NCBI GenBank assembly: GCA_902766545.1
Contig: CACXEC010000053.1
Span: 1-32,232 of the forward strand
From: an uncultured Erysipelotrichaceae bacterium
GTDB taxonomy: Bacteria; Bacillota_I; Bacilli_A; RF39; UBA660
Length of the DNA stretch: 32,232 nucleotides
Direction of reading: 5' to 3'
Shown: one piece after another, positions 1 to 8,014 of the stretch
How the letters are laid out: the number at the start of each line of letters is the position of its first letter
Position numbering within the stretch: the stretch's first letter is position 1
Program-made: the position numbers and the translations under genes
The notes under the pieces: model-generated
Seen by the model: only the letters and a program-made list of their open reading frames with translations
Database searches by the model: none
What the model was told of the DNA's origin: nothing

Positions 1-1341
1 GGAACTTTAAGTGCACCAGATTTACTTAGTAATAGAACTGCTGCCACACCAATTCGAGAAGGAGAAGATGCAAGAGTATTATATACGGATGACTTACTTC
101 CTAATGAATCAAAAACATATGACTTTAGAATGTGGTTAAATCATGATGAGGTAGCTGCTAATGTTGTTGGAAAAGGAATGAGTGGAACCGTTATTGTTGC
201 TGGCACTATAAAAAAAGATAATACACTAAGAAGTGCCCTAATGTCCAATACAGCTAATTTTTTAATTGGTGATGCTCAAAGCGTATATACTGATCCTGGT
301 ACAGAAACTGCGACTCAAAACGAAGGACTAAGAAGTACTGCAGATGACTATGGAATAAGTTATTATTATCGTGGCGCAGTAAATAATAACTATGTAGAAT
401 TTGCTGGAATGTGCTGGAGAATTGTAAGAATAGATGGACATGGTAATGTAAAATTAGTACTATTTAATCAAAATGTTGCAGATGCAGCTAAACCATGTGA
501 AGCAACTGGAGTTGATGCTTATATCCATGATACTAATGGTACAGTTATTAAAGAATCTTTTAACGACAGAATAGATCCAAATTCATCTACAACTACTAAT
601 GGTCATATTGGGTTTATGTATGGTACGATTAATAGTACTCCTGTCAATAATACTCAAGAAGCAAAAATCGCTGCTTATGATGCAGAACACATGAATACTA
701 ACAAAAGCTCAGTATTGCTTGCCCTAGAAACTTGGTATGTAAATAATCTAAATGGTTATACAAATTACTTAGCTGATGTTATATGGTGTAATGATAAAAG
801 TCTATCTACAATTCAATTGCAAGGAAAAACTGGCTATAGTAATTTAGGTTACAATTATGAACAAACATTTTATGGTACCGGCACACGATTATTTAGCGCA
901 ACAGCATCTGGTAAACCAAATACGGCTTCTCCTAGCTTAACGTGTCCAGACGCTAGTGGTAGTGATAAAAATTTATCTAGGTTTACAGTTTATAGCGGTG
1001 GTAATAATAAGTTAACATATCCGATAGGACTATTAACTGCCGATGAAGTAACTTTTGCTGGTTCTTGTTTTGGTATGACTGCATGTGCCAATAGTGATTA
1101 TTATTTAAATGAAAATGCTAATACAGAAAACACATACTGGTATACTATGTCTCCCGCATATTTAAGAAAGTCTAGCTCAAACTATGTCACATATGAGCTT
1201 GCGGTACCATATGGAGGAGGAATGGCAGCTGCACCTACAGTTAATTCATATCAAGTCCGTCCTGCAATATCTTTAAAAAATACAACAACTATTGTTAAAG
1301 GTGGAGATGGAACTAAAACAAATCCTTATGTTGTTAATTAA
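1..1341 (+). CDS. Secreted/surface-type protein, 5' end outside the window (C-terminal DUF6273-like pattern)
   Basis: Frame 1 is open from nt 1, with no stop before the ATG at 130 (GTLSAPDLLSNRT...YDFRMWLNHDE), so the ORF is 5'-truncated. Composition is N/T/G/S/Y-rich and extracellular in style, with several Cys. Motifs MCWRIVRIDGHGNVKLV, YWYTMSP and the C-terminal QVRPAISLK resemble the WWLRSP...VRPA pattern of DUF6273-type domains (pattern-level only). A strong hairpin terminator follows. Confidence 0.6.
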   Translation, partial: GTLSAPDLLSNRTAATPIREGEDARVLYTDDLLPNESKTYDFRMWLNHDEVAANVVGKGMSGTVIVAGTIKKDNTLRSALMSNTANFLIGDAQSVYTDPGTETATQNEGLRSTADDYGISYYYRGAVNNNYVEFAGMCWRIVRIDGHGNVKLVLFNQNVADAAKPCEATGVDAYIHDTNGTVIKESFNDRIDPNSSTTTNGHIGFMYGTINSTPVNNTQEAKIAAYDAEHMNTNKSSVLLALETWYVNNLNGYTNYLADVIWCNDKSLSTIQLQGKTGYSNLGYNYEQTFYGTGTRLFSATASGKPNTASPSLTCPDASGSDKNLSRFTVYSGGNNKLTYPIGLLTADEVTFAGSCFGMTACANSDYYLNENANTENTYWYTMSPAYLRKSSSNYVTYELAVPYGGGMAAAPTVNSYQVRPAISLKNTTTIVKGGDGTKTNPYVVN

Positions 1342-1368
1342 AAATACTACTTATTGTAGTATTTTTTT
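1341..1368 (+). terminator. Rho-independent terminator
   Basis: Perfect 10-bp stem aaaatactac (1341-1350) / gtagtatttt (1356-1365), 5-nt loop, T run to 1368. Confidence 0.75.
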
Positions 1369-1410
1369 AGTCAAATAATTGTAAAAACTTATTTAATTAT
1401 CATAAATATT

Positions 1411-1419
1411 TGTTATAAT
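1411..1419 (+). promoter_or_regulatory. Extended -10 promoter element upstream of parC
   Basis: tgttataat matches TGnTATAAT. There is no good -35 at 17 nt. It lies 33 nt upstream of the parC start. Confidence 0.4.
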
Positions 1420-1451
1420 AATTATTAGCTAATACTAGTTAGGAGTACATT

Positions 1452-3944
1452 ATGGAAGAAATTATTAAAAGAATACACGAATATAGCCTCGAAGAGATAA
1501 TGGGTTCTCGTTTTGCAAGATACTCTAAATACATTATTCAAGACCGTGCTATACCTGATGTAAGAGATGGGTTAAAGCCTGTTCAAAGAAGAATAATATT
1601 TGCTATGTATAAAGATAAAAATACCCATGATAAACCATTTAAGAAATGTGCTAATGCAGTAGGTAATGTACTAGGTCATTATCATCCACATGGGGACTCA
1701 TCAGTATATGAAGCATTAATTCGTATGAGTCAGGATTGGAAACAAAATCATATATTAGTTGAAGTAGATGGAAATAATGGCTCAATTGATGGAGATGGAC
1801 CAGCTGCATATCGTTATACAGAATGCCGCTTAGCTAAAATAAGTGAGGAGCTTCTAAAAGATATTGATAAAGATACTGTAATAATGGCACCAAACTATTC
1901 AGATGAATTATTAGAGCCTACTGTCTTACCTGCTAAGTTTCCTAATTTACTTGTTAATGGTACTAATGGAATTAGTGCTGGTTATGCGACTAATATTCCA
2001 CCACATAATTTAATTGAAGTTTGTGATGCCATTATTAAACGAATAGATAGTCCTAACTGTCATGAAGACTCTATCTATGATATTATTAAAGGACCTGATT
2101 TTCCAACCGGAGGTATTGTTGAAGGTTTAGATGGAATTAAATCGGCATTTAAAACCGGTAGAGGAAAATTAATAGTTACATCCAAATGTGAATTTCAAAA
2201 AAATAAAGGTAAAGAACAAATTGTTATTACTGAAATACCATTTGAAGTAAATAAACAATTATTAGTTAAAAAAATTGATGATATTAGATATGAGAAAAAA
2301 ATAGATGGAATAGCAGAAGTAAGAGATGAATCTGATAAAGATTCCAATTTAAGAATTGTAATTGATTTAAAAGCAGGCGCTGATAAAGATTTAATCTTAA
2401 AATATTTACTTAAAAATACTGAAATGCAAACTACTTATAATTACAATATGGTATGTATTGATAAAAGAAGACCAAGATTATTAGGAATTATACCAATAAT
2501 TGATGCTTATATTGAACATCAAAAAGAAGTAGTAACTAAAAGGACTAATTTTGATTTAGCAGTTGCTAAAGACGAAATGCATATTACCGAAGGTTTAGTT
2601 AAAGCTATAAGTATTTTAGACGAAGTAATAGCAATTATTCGCTCAAGTAAAAATAAAGCAGATGCAATAAATAATTTAGTGAAGAAGTATGATTTCACGG
2701 AAGCTCAAGCAACAGCAATTGTAATGCTTCAATTATATAAGCTTACTAATACAGATGTAACTCTTTTAGAAGAAAAGTTAGAAAACTTAAGAAAAATAAT
2801 TGAAGGATTAAATGCTATTTTAAATGATGAAAGTAAATTAAAAATGGTTATTAAAGAAGAATTACGTAGAATAAAAAAAGAGTATGGAGTTCCAAGAAAA
2901 ACCGAAATTAAAGAAACCGTTACAGAAATAAAAAAAAAAAAAAAAGAACTTATTACTAAAGAAGATGTAATTATCATCTTAACTCATGATGGATACTTAA
3001 AGAAAGTAAGTTTGAAGAGTCACAGTGTTAGTGATGGAGAAACTGCACTAAAGCCAGGAGATTATGTCATTAGTTACATGCAAACTAATACTTTAAATAA
3101 ATTATGTATCTTTACATCTCTTGGAAATTATTTATATCTTCCAATTCATGAAATACCTTCATGTAAATGGAAAGATTTAGGTAAACATATTAGTAATATT
3201 GTAACTATCAGTCCAGATGATAATGTAGTATGCTCGTATGTTATTAACGAAGAAGTAACTAATCCAATTGTAACATTCTTTACCAAACAAGGAATGGTTA
3301 AGCAAACACTACTTAATGATTTTATTGTAACAAGATATAATAAAGTATATACAGCTATGAAACTAAAAGATAATGATGAACTTATAAATGTTTCAATTAC
3401 TAAACCAAATACGATTCTTATAACTAAATCTGGCTACTATTTAAACTATACAACTTCAGAAATACCAGTATCAGGTGCCAAAACATCTGGTGTAAAGGGT
3501 ATTAATCTAAAAGAAGATGAAGTAGTAAGTGCATTTACATATAATAGTGATGATGAATATATTAATGTATTTACAAATCAAGGAACTGCCAAAAGAATTA
3601 AAGTAAAAGATTTAAATACTTTGTCACGTGCTAAAAGAGGTACAACCTTAATTAAAAAAGTAAAAACTAAGAACTATGAAGTAATAGATGCTTTTGTAAC
3701 TAAAACGAAAGATAATATTGGGCTTTTATGTAAAGAAGATATTATCGAACTAAAAAACAGTGATATCCCAATTATGGATTTAATATCAACTGGATCAATT
3801 ATATCTAAACAAAAAATAACTAATGCTTTCATTTTAAAAGAACTAAAAACTATACCAAACGAAAGTGTTGAAGTAAAAATGGAAGAAGAAACAAAAGCGG
3901 TTGAAATGACCATCGATGACTTTATAGACGATTTTAAACTTTAG
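1452..3944 (+). CDS. parC: DNA topoisomerase IV subunit A
   Basis: 830 aa. The N-terminus closely parallels Gram-positive ParC/GrlA (RFARYSKYIIQDRAIPDVRDGLKPVQRRIIFAMY, YHPHGDSSVYEALIRMSQDWK, AAYRYTECRL with the catalytic Tyr, FPNLLVNGTNGISAGYATNIPPHN). No GyrA box (QRRGGKG) is present in the C-terminal domain. SD aggag lies 7 nt upstream. Confidence 0.9.
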   Translation: MEEIIKRIHEYSLEEIMGSRFARYSKYIIQDRAIPDVRDGLKPVQRRIIFAMYKDKNTHDKPFKKCANAVGNVLGHYHPHGDSSVYEALIRMSQDWKQNHILVEVDGNNGSIDGDGPAAYRYTECRLAKISEELLKDIDKDTVIMAPNYSDELLEPTVLPAKFPNLLVNGTNGISAGYATNIPPHNLIEVCDAIIKRIDSPNCHEDSIYDIIKGPDFPTGGIVEGLDGIKSAFKTGRGKLIVTSKCEFQKNKGKEQIVITEIPFEVNKQLLVKKIDDIRYEKKIDGIAEVRDESDKDSNLRIVIDLKAGADKDLILKYLLKNTEMQTTYNYNMVCIDKRRPRLLGIIPIIDAYIEHQKEVVTKRTNFDLAVAKDEMHITEGLVKAISILDEVIAIIRSSKNKADAINNLVKKYDFTEAQATAIVMLQLYKLTNTDVTLLEEKLENLRKIIEGLNAILNDESKLKMVIKEELRRIKKEYGVPRKTEIKETVTEIKKKKKELITKEDVIIILTHDGYLKKVSLKSHSVSDGETALKPGDYVISYMQTNTLNKLCIFTSLGNYLYLPIHEIPSCKWKDLGKHISNIVTISPDDNVVCSYVINEEVTNPIVTFFTKQGMVKQTLLNDFIVTRYNKVYTAMKLKDNDELINVSITKPNTILITKSGYYLNYTTSEIPVSGAKTSGVKGINLKEDEVVSAFTYNSDDEYINVFTNQGTAKRIKVKDLNTLSRAKRGTTLIKKVKTKNYEVIDAFVTKTKDNIGLLCKEDIIELKNSDIPIMDLISTGSIISKQKITNAFILKELKTIPNESVEVKMEEETKAVEMTIDDFIDDFKL

Positions 3945-3989
3945 AATAAATACCACCAATTAAAATATAATTTAATAGGTGGTTTTATT

Positions 3990-4334
3990 ATGGATAAAAA
4001 AGAAGAATTTAAAAAGTTTGTAAAAAAACATCCTGAACTAGTCGAGTACGTTAAAAATAAACAAAACACGTGGCAAGATTTTTATGAAATATATGATATG
4101 TACGGCGAAGAAGATAGTGTCTGGAACAAATATAAAGAAATAGATCGCTCAGCACCTTTATCCGAGCTATCTAATATCGTTAAAAATATCAATATGGATA
4201 CAATTCAAAAACATATAAATAATGCCCAAAAAGTTATTGGAGTAATTCAAGAGTTAACTACTAAACAAAACCCAAAAGTTCCAAATATAATTTCCAAAAG
4301 TCCAAGACCAATAAACAAATTTTTTGGAGATTAA
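3990..4334 (+). CDS. YlbD-like protein (putative coat protein family)
   Basis: 114 aa. FKKFVKKHPELVEYVKNKQNTWQDFYEIYDMYGEEDSVW, the NMD..Q..IN motif and the C-terminal P..KFFGD follow the B. subtilis YlbD pattern. RBS aggtgg precedes it, and a YlbE-like ORF follows as in Bacillus. Confidence 0.7.
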   Translation: MDKKEEFKKFVKKHPELVEYVKNKQNTWQDFYEIYDMYGEEDSVWNKYKEIDRSAPLSELSNIVKNINMDTIQKHINNAQKVIGVIQELTTKQNPKVPNIISKSPRPINKFFGD

Positions 4335-4556
4335 ATGAGTCCAGAAATATATGTTAAAATATCTAATGATGAAAAATTACATAATTATCTTAAAAACAAT
4401 CCGCACTGGTATAAATATTTAAATAGAAATAAAAATAATTATAAAAATTTTTATAATGCATTTAAACAAAATAACCGTAATGAAAAACTGGAAAAGGCTA
4501 GTAGTCTAGTTGATACTCTTGACATAGTTAACACTATTTTTAATAATTTACAATAA
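4335..4556 (+). CDS. YlbE-like protein
   Basis: 73 aa. NNPHWYKYLNRN matches the YlbE P-x-WYR-x-L-x-RN signature. The ATG directly abuts the ylbD-like stop (TAAATG). Confidence 0.65.
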   Translation: MSPEIYVKISNDEKLHNYLKNNPHWYKYLNRNKNNYKNFYNAFKQNNRNEKLEKASSLVDTLDIVNTIFNNLQ

Positions 4557-4561
4557 ATTAA

Positions 4562-4590
4562 TTGACAATTAAAAAACTATTTTCTATAAT
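4562..4590 (+). promoter_or_regulatory. Consensus sigma-A promoter of the pilin genes
   Basis: TTGACA (4562-4567), 17-nt spacer, TATAAT (4585-4590). It lies 26 nt upstream of the pilin ATG at 4616. The ORF-track start at 4562 is actually this -35 box. Confidence 0.8.
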
Positions 4591-4615
4591 TATTTTAGAA
4601 AGTAGGGATAAAAAA

Positions 4616-5026
4616 ATGAAAAATAAGAAAGGTTTTACATTAGTAGAATTACTAGCCGTTATTGTAGTTTTAGCAATCATTATGATAATAGCCGTACCAG
4701 CAGTATTAGATTCAATGTCAAGTGCTAAAAAAGGATCTTTTGTTGTAGAAGCTAGAAACGTTATTAGAAAAGGTATTGAAAAATATCAAGCTGATACATT
4801 AACAAGTACTCAGAAAAAATGCTATACAGTAGCTGAACTAAAAATTGAAACTGGTGGAAAGTATTCTGGAAAAGTTGTTCTTGAAAAGAAATCTGGTGAA
4901 TCAGAAGAAGATTGGCATGTATATTTAACTGATAAGGAATATGTTGTAAATGGTGTAACCAGTGCTGGTTTAAATACTGATTCAAATATAACAACAGGCA
5001 CAACTGTTTCATCTACATGTAGCTAG
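4616..5026 (+). CDS. Type IV pilin / pseudopilin paralog 1 (prepilin-type N-terminal cleavage/methylation domain)
   Basis: 136 aa from the internal ATG. It has a class III signal MKNKKG|FTLVELLAVIVVLAIIMIIAVP, with Gly-1, Phe+1 and Glu+5. It has two Cys (KKCY and the C-terminal STCS). The start at 4562 is rejected because it would put 18 aa in front of the leader. Confidence 0.85.
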   Translation: MKNKKGFTLVELLAVIVVLAIIMIIAVPAVLDSMSSAKKGSFVVEARNVIRKGIEKYQADTLTSTQKKCYTVAELKIETGGKYSGKVVLEKKSGESEEDWHVYLTDKEYVVNGVTSAGLNTDSNITTGTTVSSTCS

Positions 5027-5056
5027 AAATTATAAAACTTAGAAAAGGAAAGTAAA

Positions 5057-5485
5057 ATGAAAAATAAAAAAGGTTTCACATTAGTTGAATTATTAGCAGT
5101 TATTGTAGTATTAGCAATCATTATGATAATTGCCGTACCGGCAGTACTAGATTCAATGGAGAGTGCAAAAGCTGGATCATTTAAAATATTTGCTGAAAAC
5201 GCAATTAGAAAAACAATGGAAAAACATCAAGCGGATCTATTAACAGGCAGCGCTCAGGATTCTGCTGATAAATGTTATAAAATTTCTGACCTAAAATTAG
5301 AAACTGGTGGCAAGTATGCAGGAAGCGTAAAATATACTGCATCAGATAAATCATATAAAGCTTATATTGGCGACGGAACATATTATGTTGCAGGCAAAAC
5401 AATAAGTGATTTAAGCAATGCAAGTAATATCTTGAAAAGTGGACAAACTGGCTTTAAAGCAACCGCTCCAGATAATTGTCAGTAA
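5057..5485 (+). CDS. Type IV pilin / pseudopilin paralog 2
   Basis: 142 aa. The first 34 aa are identical to paralog 1. It carries the shared motif CY..DLKLETGGKY.GSV and a second Cys 2 aa from the C-terminus (DNCQ). RBS aaaggaaag. Confidence 0.85.
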   Translation: MKNKKGFTLVELLAVIVVLAIIMIIAVPAVLDSMESAKAGSFKIFAENAIRKTMEKHQADLLTGSAQDSADKCYKISDLKLETGGKYAGSVKYTASDKSYKAYIGDGTYYVAGKTISDLSNASNILKSGQTGFKATAPDNCQ

Positions 5486-5512
5486 AACCAAAGTACAAAC
5501 TTTGGTTTTTTT
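5484..5512 (+). terminator. Rho-independent terminator after pilin paralog 2
   Basis: Perfect 11-bp stem aaaaccaaagt (5484-5494) / actttggtttt (5499-5509), 4-nt loop, T run. An extended -10 tgttataat follows and could serve nfo. Confidence 0.8.
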
Positions 5513-5537
5513 ATGTTATAATTTTTATGGTGGTAAT

Positions 5538-6422
5538 ATGTTATATATTGGTTCTCATGTAAGATTTAATAATGAACAACTTCTTGGAAGTGTCAAAGAA
5601 GCATTATCTTATGGTGCTAATACTTTTATGTTTTATACTGGAGCGCCCCAAAATACTATTAGGTCTAATATTAATGATGATTTATTAAAAGAAGCTCATA
5701 AGCTAATGATTAATAATAATATTGATATTAATAAAGTAATATGTCATGCCCCATATATTATAAATCTTGCTAATAATGAAGATGAATCTAAGTATTTATT
5801 TAGTCAAGAGTTCTTAAGAAAGGAAATTGATAGATGTATGACTCTTGGTATTAAATACTTGGTTTTACATCCAGGCTCCGCTGTTAAATTAGATAAAATA
5901 AGTGCTATTAATAATATTTTAAATGGTTTAAATAATATTTTGAGGGAAGATGATAATATTACAGTATTATTAGAAACTATGGCAGGAAAGGGTACTGAAA
6001 TTGGGTCTAAAATGGATGAGATATCAACTATTATAAATGGAGTATACTTAAAAGAAAAAGTAGGAGTATGTTTAGATACATGCCACTTAAATGATTCTGG
6101 AATTAATATTAATGATTTTGATAAATATTTAGATATTTTTGATAAATATATAGGTATAAATAAAATTGGTTGTATTCATATAAATGATTCTAAAAATGAA
6201 ATATCATCTCATAAAGATCGCCACGAAAACATTGGATTTGGTACTATTGGGTTTAAAACTTTATTAAATGTTATATATAATAAAAGACTTGAAGATATTC
6301 CTAAAATATTGGAAACCCCATATATTGGAGACAATCCGCCATATAAATATGAGATTGAAATGATTAAAAATAAAGCATTTAATGACAAACTAAAAGATAT
6401 TTTAAGTAAAGAAGAAGCCTAA
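5538..6422 (+). CDS. nfo: Endonuclease IV (AP endonuclease)
   Basis: 294 aa starting at MLYIGSHV. Nfo metal-ligand motifs are present: HAPYIINLA, VLHPGS, LETMAGKG, CLDTCH, HINDSK. The ORF-track start at 5439 overlaps the pilin gene and the terminator and is rejected. Confidence 0.9.
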   Translation: MLYIGSHVRFNNEQLLGSVKEALSYGANTFMFYTGAPQNTIRSNINDDLLKEAHKLMINNNIDINKVICHAPYIINLANNEDESKYLFSQEFLRKEIDRCMTLGIKYLVLHPGSAVKLDKISAINNILNGLNNILREDDNITVLLETMAGKGTEIGSKMDEISTIINGVYLKEKVGVCLDTCHLNDSGININDFDKYLDIFDKYIGINKIGCIHINDSKNEISSHKDRHENIGFGTIGFKTLLNVIYNKRLEDIPKILETPYIGDNPPYKYEIEMIKNKAFNDKLKDILSKEEA

Positions 6423-6471
6423 CTAATTGACATAATTGGCTTTTTTTAATAAACTTATAATAGGAGTTATT

Positions 6472-7071
6472 ATGAAGAATAAAGGATTTACATTAGTTGA
6501 ATTACTTGCCGTAATTGTGGTACTTGCAATTATTATGATTGTGGCTGTCCCAAGTGTGTTAAATGCCCTTGATGCAGCTAGACAAAAATCATTTAGTTTG
6601 TTTGCCGAAAACGCAATAAGAAAAACTATGGAAGTGTATCAAAACGAAGAATTAAAACAAGAAAGTAAACATAAAAGTGTGAGTGGTACTTCTGAGTCCG
6701 GGGATACAATAACTAGAGATTATTGTTATCCATTAGAAGTTACTGGATTAGAAACAGGAGATAAGTATTTCGGAAGTGTTTTATTTGACAAAGATAGTAA
6801 TACGTACTATGTTTACTTATCAGATGGAGTTTACTATACAGAGATAGATTCTGAGTATCTTGGGGTTACATTATCTGATTTAAAGGATGGCAATAAAATA
6901 CTTTTAGTTGCTGATCTTGAATCAAGTAGTGAAGAGGATTACCAAGACTATTTTGGACCATTAGGAAGAATTTGGAATTGTGGATTTAAAGGTAGCTTTA
7001 AACCAATAACCCTTCCTCCAATAACTAGAATCACTGTACCAAGACCTACTAAACCAAAGGTTACTATATGA
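6472..7071 (+). CDS. Type IV pilin / pseudopilin paralog 3 (longer, proline-rich tail)
   Basis: 199 aa from the ATG at 6472 (RBS taggag). Leader MKNKG|FTLVELLAVIVVLAIIMIVAVP. Motifs CYPLEVTGLETGDKYFGSV, second Cys in IWNCGF, tail PITLPPITRITVPRPTKPKVTI. Its stop overlaps the next start (ATGA). Confidence 0.85.
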   Translation: MKNKGFTLVELLAVIVVLAIIMIVAVPSVLNALDAARQKSFSLFAENAIRKTMEVYQNEELKQESKHKSVSGTSESGDTITRDYCYPLEVTGLETGDKYFGSVLFDKDSNTYYVYLSDGVYYTEIDSEYLGVTLSDLKDGNKILLVADLESSSEEDYQDYFGPLGRIWNCGFKGSFKPITLPPITRITVPRPTKPKVTI

Positions 7072-7727
7072 AAAATAGAGGATTTACATTAGTTGAATTA
7101 TTGGCTGTTATTGTAGTTTTGGCTATAATCATGATTATAGCTGTACCAGCTGTATTAGATTCGATGGAAGCCGCACAGTTTAATTCGTTTAAAATATTTG
7201 GTCAAAATGCTATTAGGAAAGCTATGGAACTTCATCAAGAAGAAGAACTAACTGGAGAAAGACGCTGGGTTACTGGCCACTACTACAGTGGAAGTGACAG
7301 TGCAGATTATGATCGCATAAATTGTTATCCGTTAGATGTGTTAAAACTTGAAACTGGTGGAAAATATAAAGGTAGTGTTTGGTATAACGAGAAAGATAAG
7401 ACATATCGATTATATTTAACCGATGGAACATACTATACATACTTTTTCCCATATAAAAGTAACACTAAAGAAAGTGCAAGTGAGCCAACAAGGGTTGGAA
7501 TTACATTAAATGATTTAAATAATGCTACTTTAGTAGATGCTAAAAAAGAAACTAATAATATTGATGAATTGATGGGTATTAAAATAAGATTAGTTTCTAG
7601 TTATGTATCAGATACCAACACTATTGATAATAGTAATAAAGTAGATAAAGCAACATGGTTTGATTATAGAAGTGATAATGATCCGGGTATAATTAATCTA
7701 TGTGGACGTAGGTTTTCTCACAAATAA
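7068..7727 (+). CDS. Type IV pilin / pseudopilin paralog 4 (longest)
   Basis: 219 aa. Leader MKNRG|FTLVELLAVIVVLAIIMIIAVPAVLDSM. Motifs CYPLDVLKLETGGKYKGSV, second Cys in INLCGRR. Translationally coupled to paralog 3. Confidence 0.85.
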   Translation: MKNRGFTLVELLAVIVVLAIIMIIAVPAVLDSMEAAQFNSFKIFGQNAIRKAMELHQEEELTGERRWVTGHYYSGSDSADYDRINCYPLDVLKLETGGKYKGSVWYNEKDKTYRLYLTDGTYYTYFFPYKSNTKESASEPTRVGITLNDLNNATLVDAKKETNNIDELMGIKIRLVSSYVSDTNTIDNSNKVDKATWFDYRSDNDPGIINLCGRRFSHK

Positions 7728-7963
7728 CTTATATACTTTTTTATTAATAATTCAATCTTAGAGAAGTTTTCGCTTGAGAACTTCTCTTTATATTTACTAA
7801 AATCAAACGATTCTTTATTTTTTAAAACATCTTTATAATTATTTTTAATAAAATCATAAGTAAATTCTAATTCTTCTGCGCTTAGATTAATACCATTTTT
7901 TAAAGCAAAATTAGTTATATCTTCACGTCTTAAATTATTTATATATAATTCTATTATATTCAT
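7718..7963 (-). CDS. Small conserved hypothetical protein (DUF2624-like pattern)
   Basis: 81 aa, convergent with pilin 4 and overlapping it by 10 nt. RBS ggagaaat sits upstream of the ATG. The helical K/E/F-rich sequence loosely follows the small Firmicute DUF2624 pattern. The family call is tentative. Confidence 0.5.
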   Translation of the reverse strand: MNIIELYINNLRREDITNFALKNGINLSAEELEFTYDFIKNNYKDVLKNKESFDFSKYKEKFSSENFSKIELLIKKYISYL

Positions 7964-8014
7964 ATATTTCTCCTTTATAAGCTTAAATTATCAATTTTAA
8001 GCCATAATAATATT

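Noticed and set aside
2729-3913. Antisense ORFs 2729..2977(-) and 3674..3913(-) inside parC
   Set aside because: Their translations are low-complexity and F/S/I/L-rich, typical of the reverse strand of K/E-rich AT-rich genes. They are fully embedded in a confidently identified gene.
1452-3944. Calling the 830-aa topoisomerase subunit GyrA
   Set aside because: The N-terminal sequence matches the Gram-positive ParC/GrlA pattern (start ..EEIMGSRFARYSKYIIQDRAIPDVRDGLKPVQRR), and the C-terminal domain lacks a GyrA box. ParC is preferred, although parE is not adjacent in the window.
4562-4615. N-terminal extensions proposed by the ORF track (4562 for pilin 1, 5439 for nfo, 6436 for pilin 3, GTG 29318 for the ATP-grasp gene)
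   Set aside because: 4562 is the TTGACA -35 box of a consensus promoter. 5439 overlaps pilin 2 and its terminator. 6436 would bury the prepilin leader. In each case an internal ATG with a proper SD gives the canonical N-terminus.
4764-5423. Antisense ORFs 4764..5012(-) and 5205..5423(-) inside pilin genes 1 and 2, and 7270..7452(-) inside pilin 4
   Set aside because: They have no RBS and odd Q/L/H-rich composition, and they are embedded opposite well-supported pilin ORFs.
6427-6461. TTGACA ... TATAAT upstream of pilin 3 as a consensus promoter
   Set aside because: The spacer is 23 nt, too long for a sigma-A promoter. The weak hairpin aagcc/ggctt after nfo is also unconvincing, so pilins 3 and 4 may be read through from nfo.
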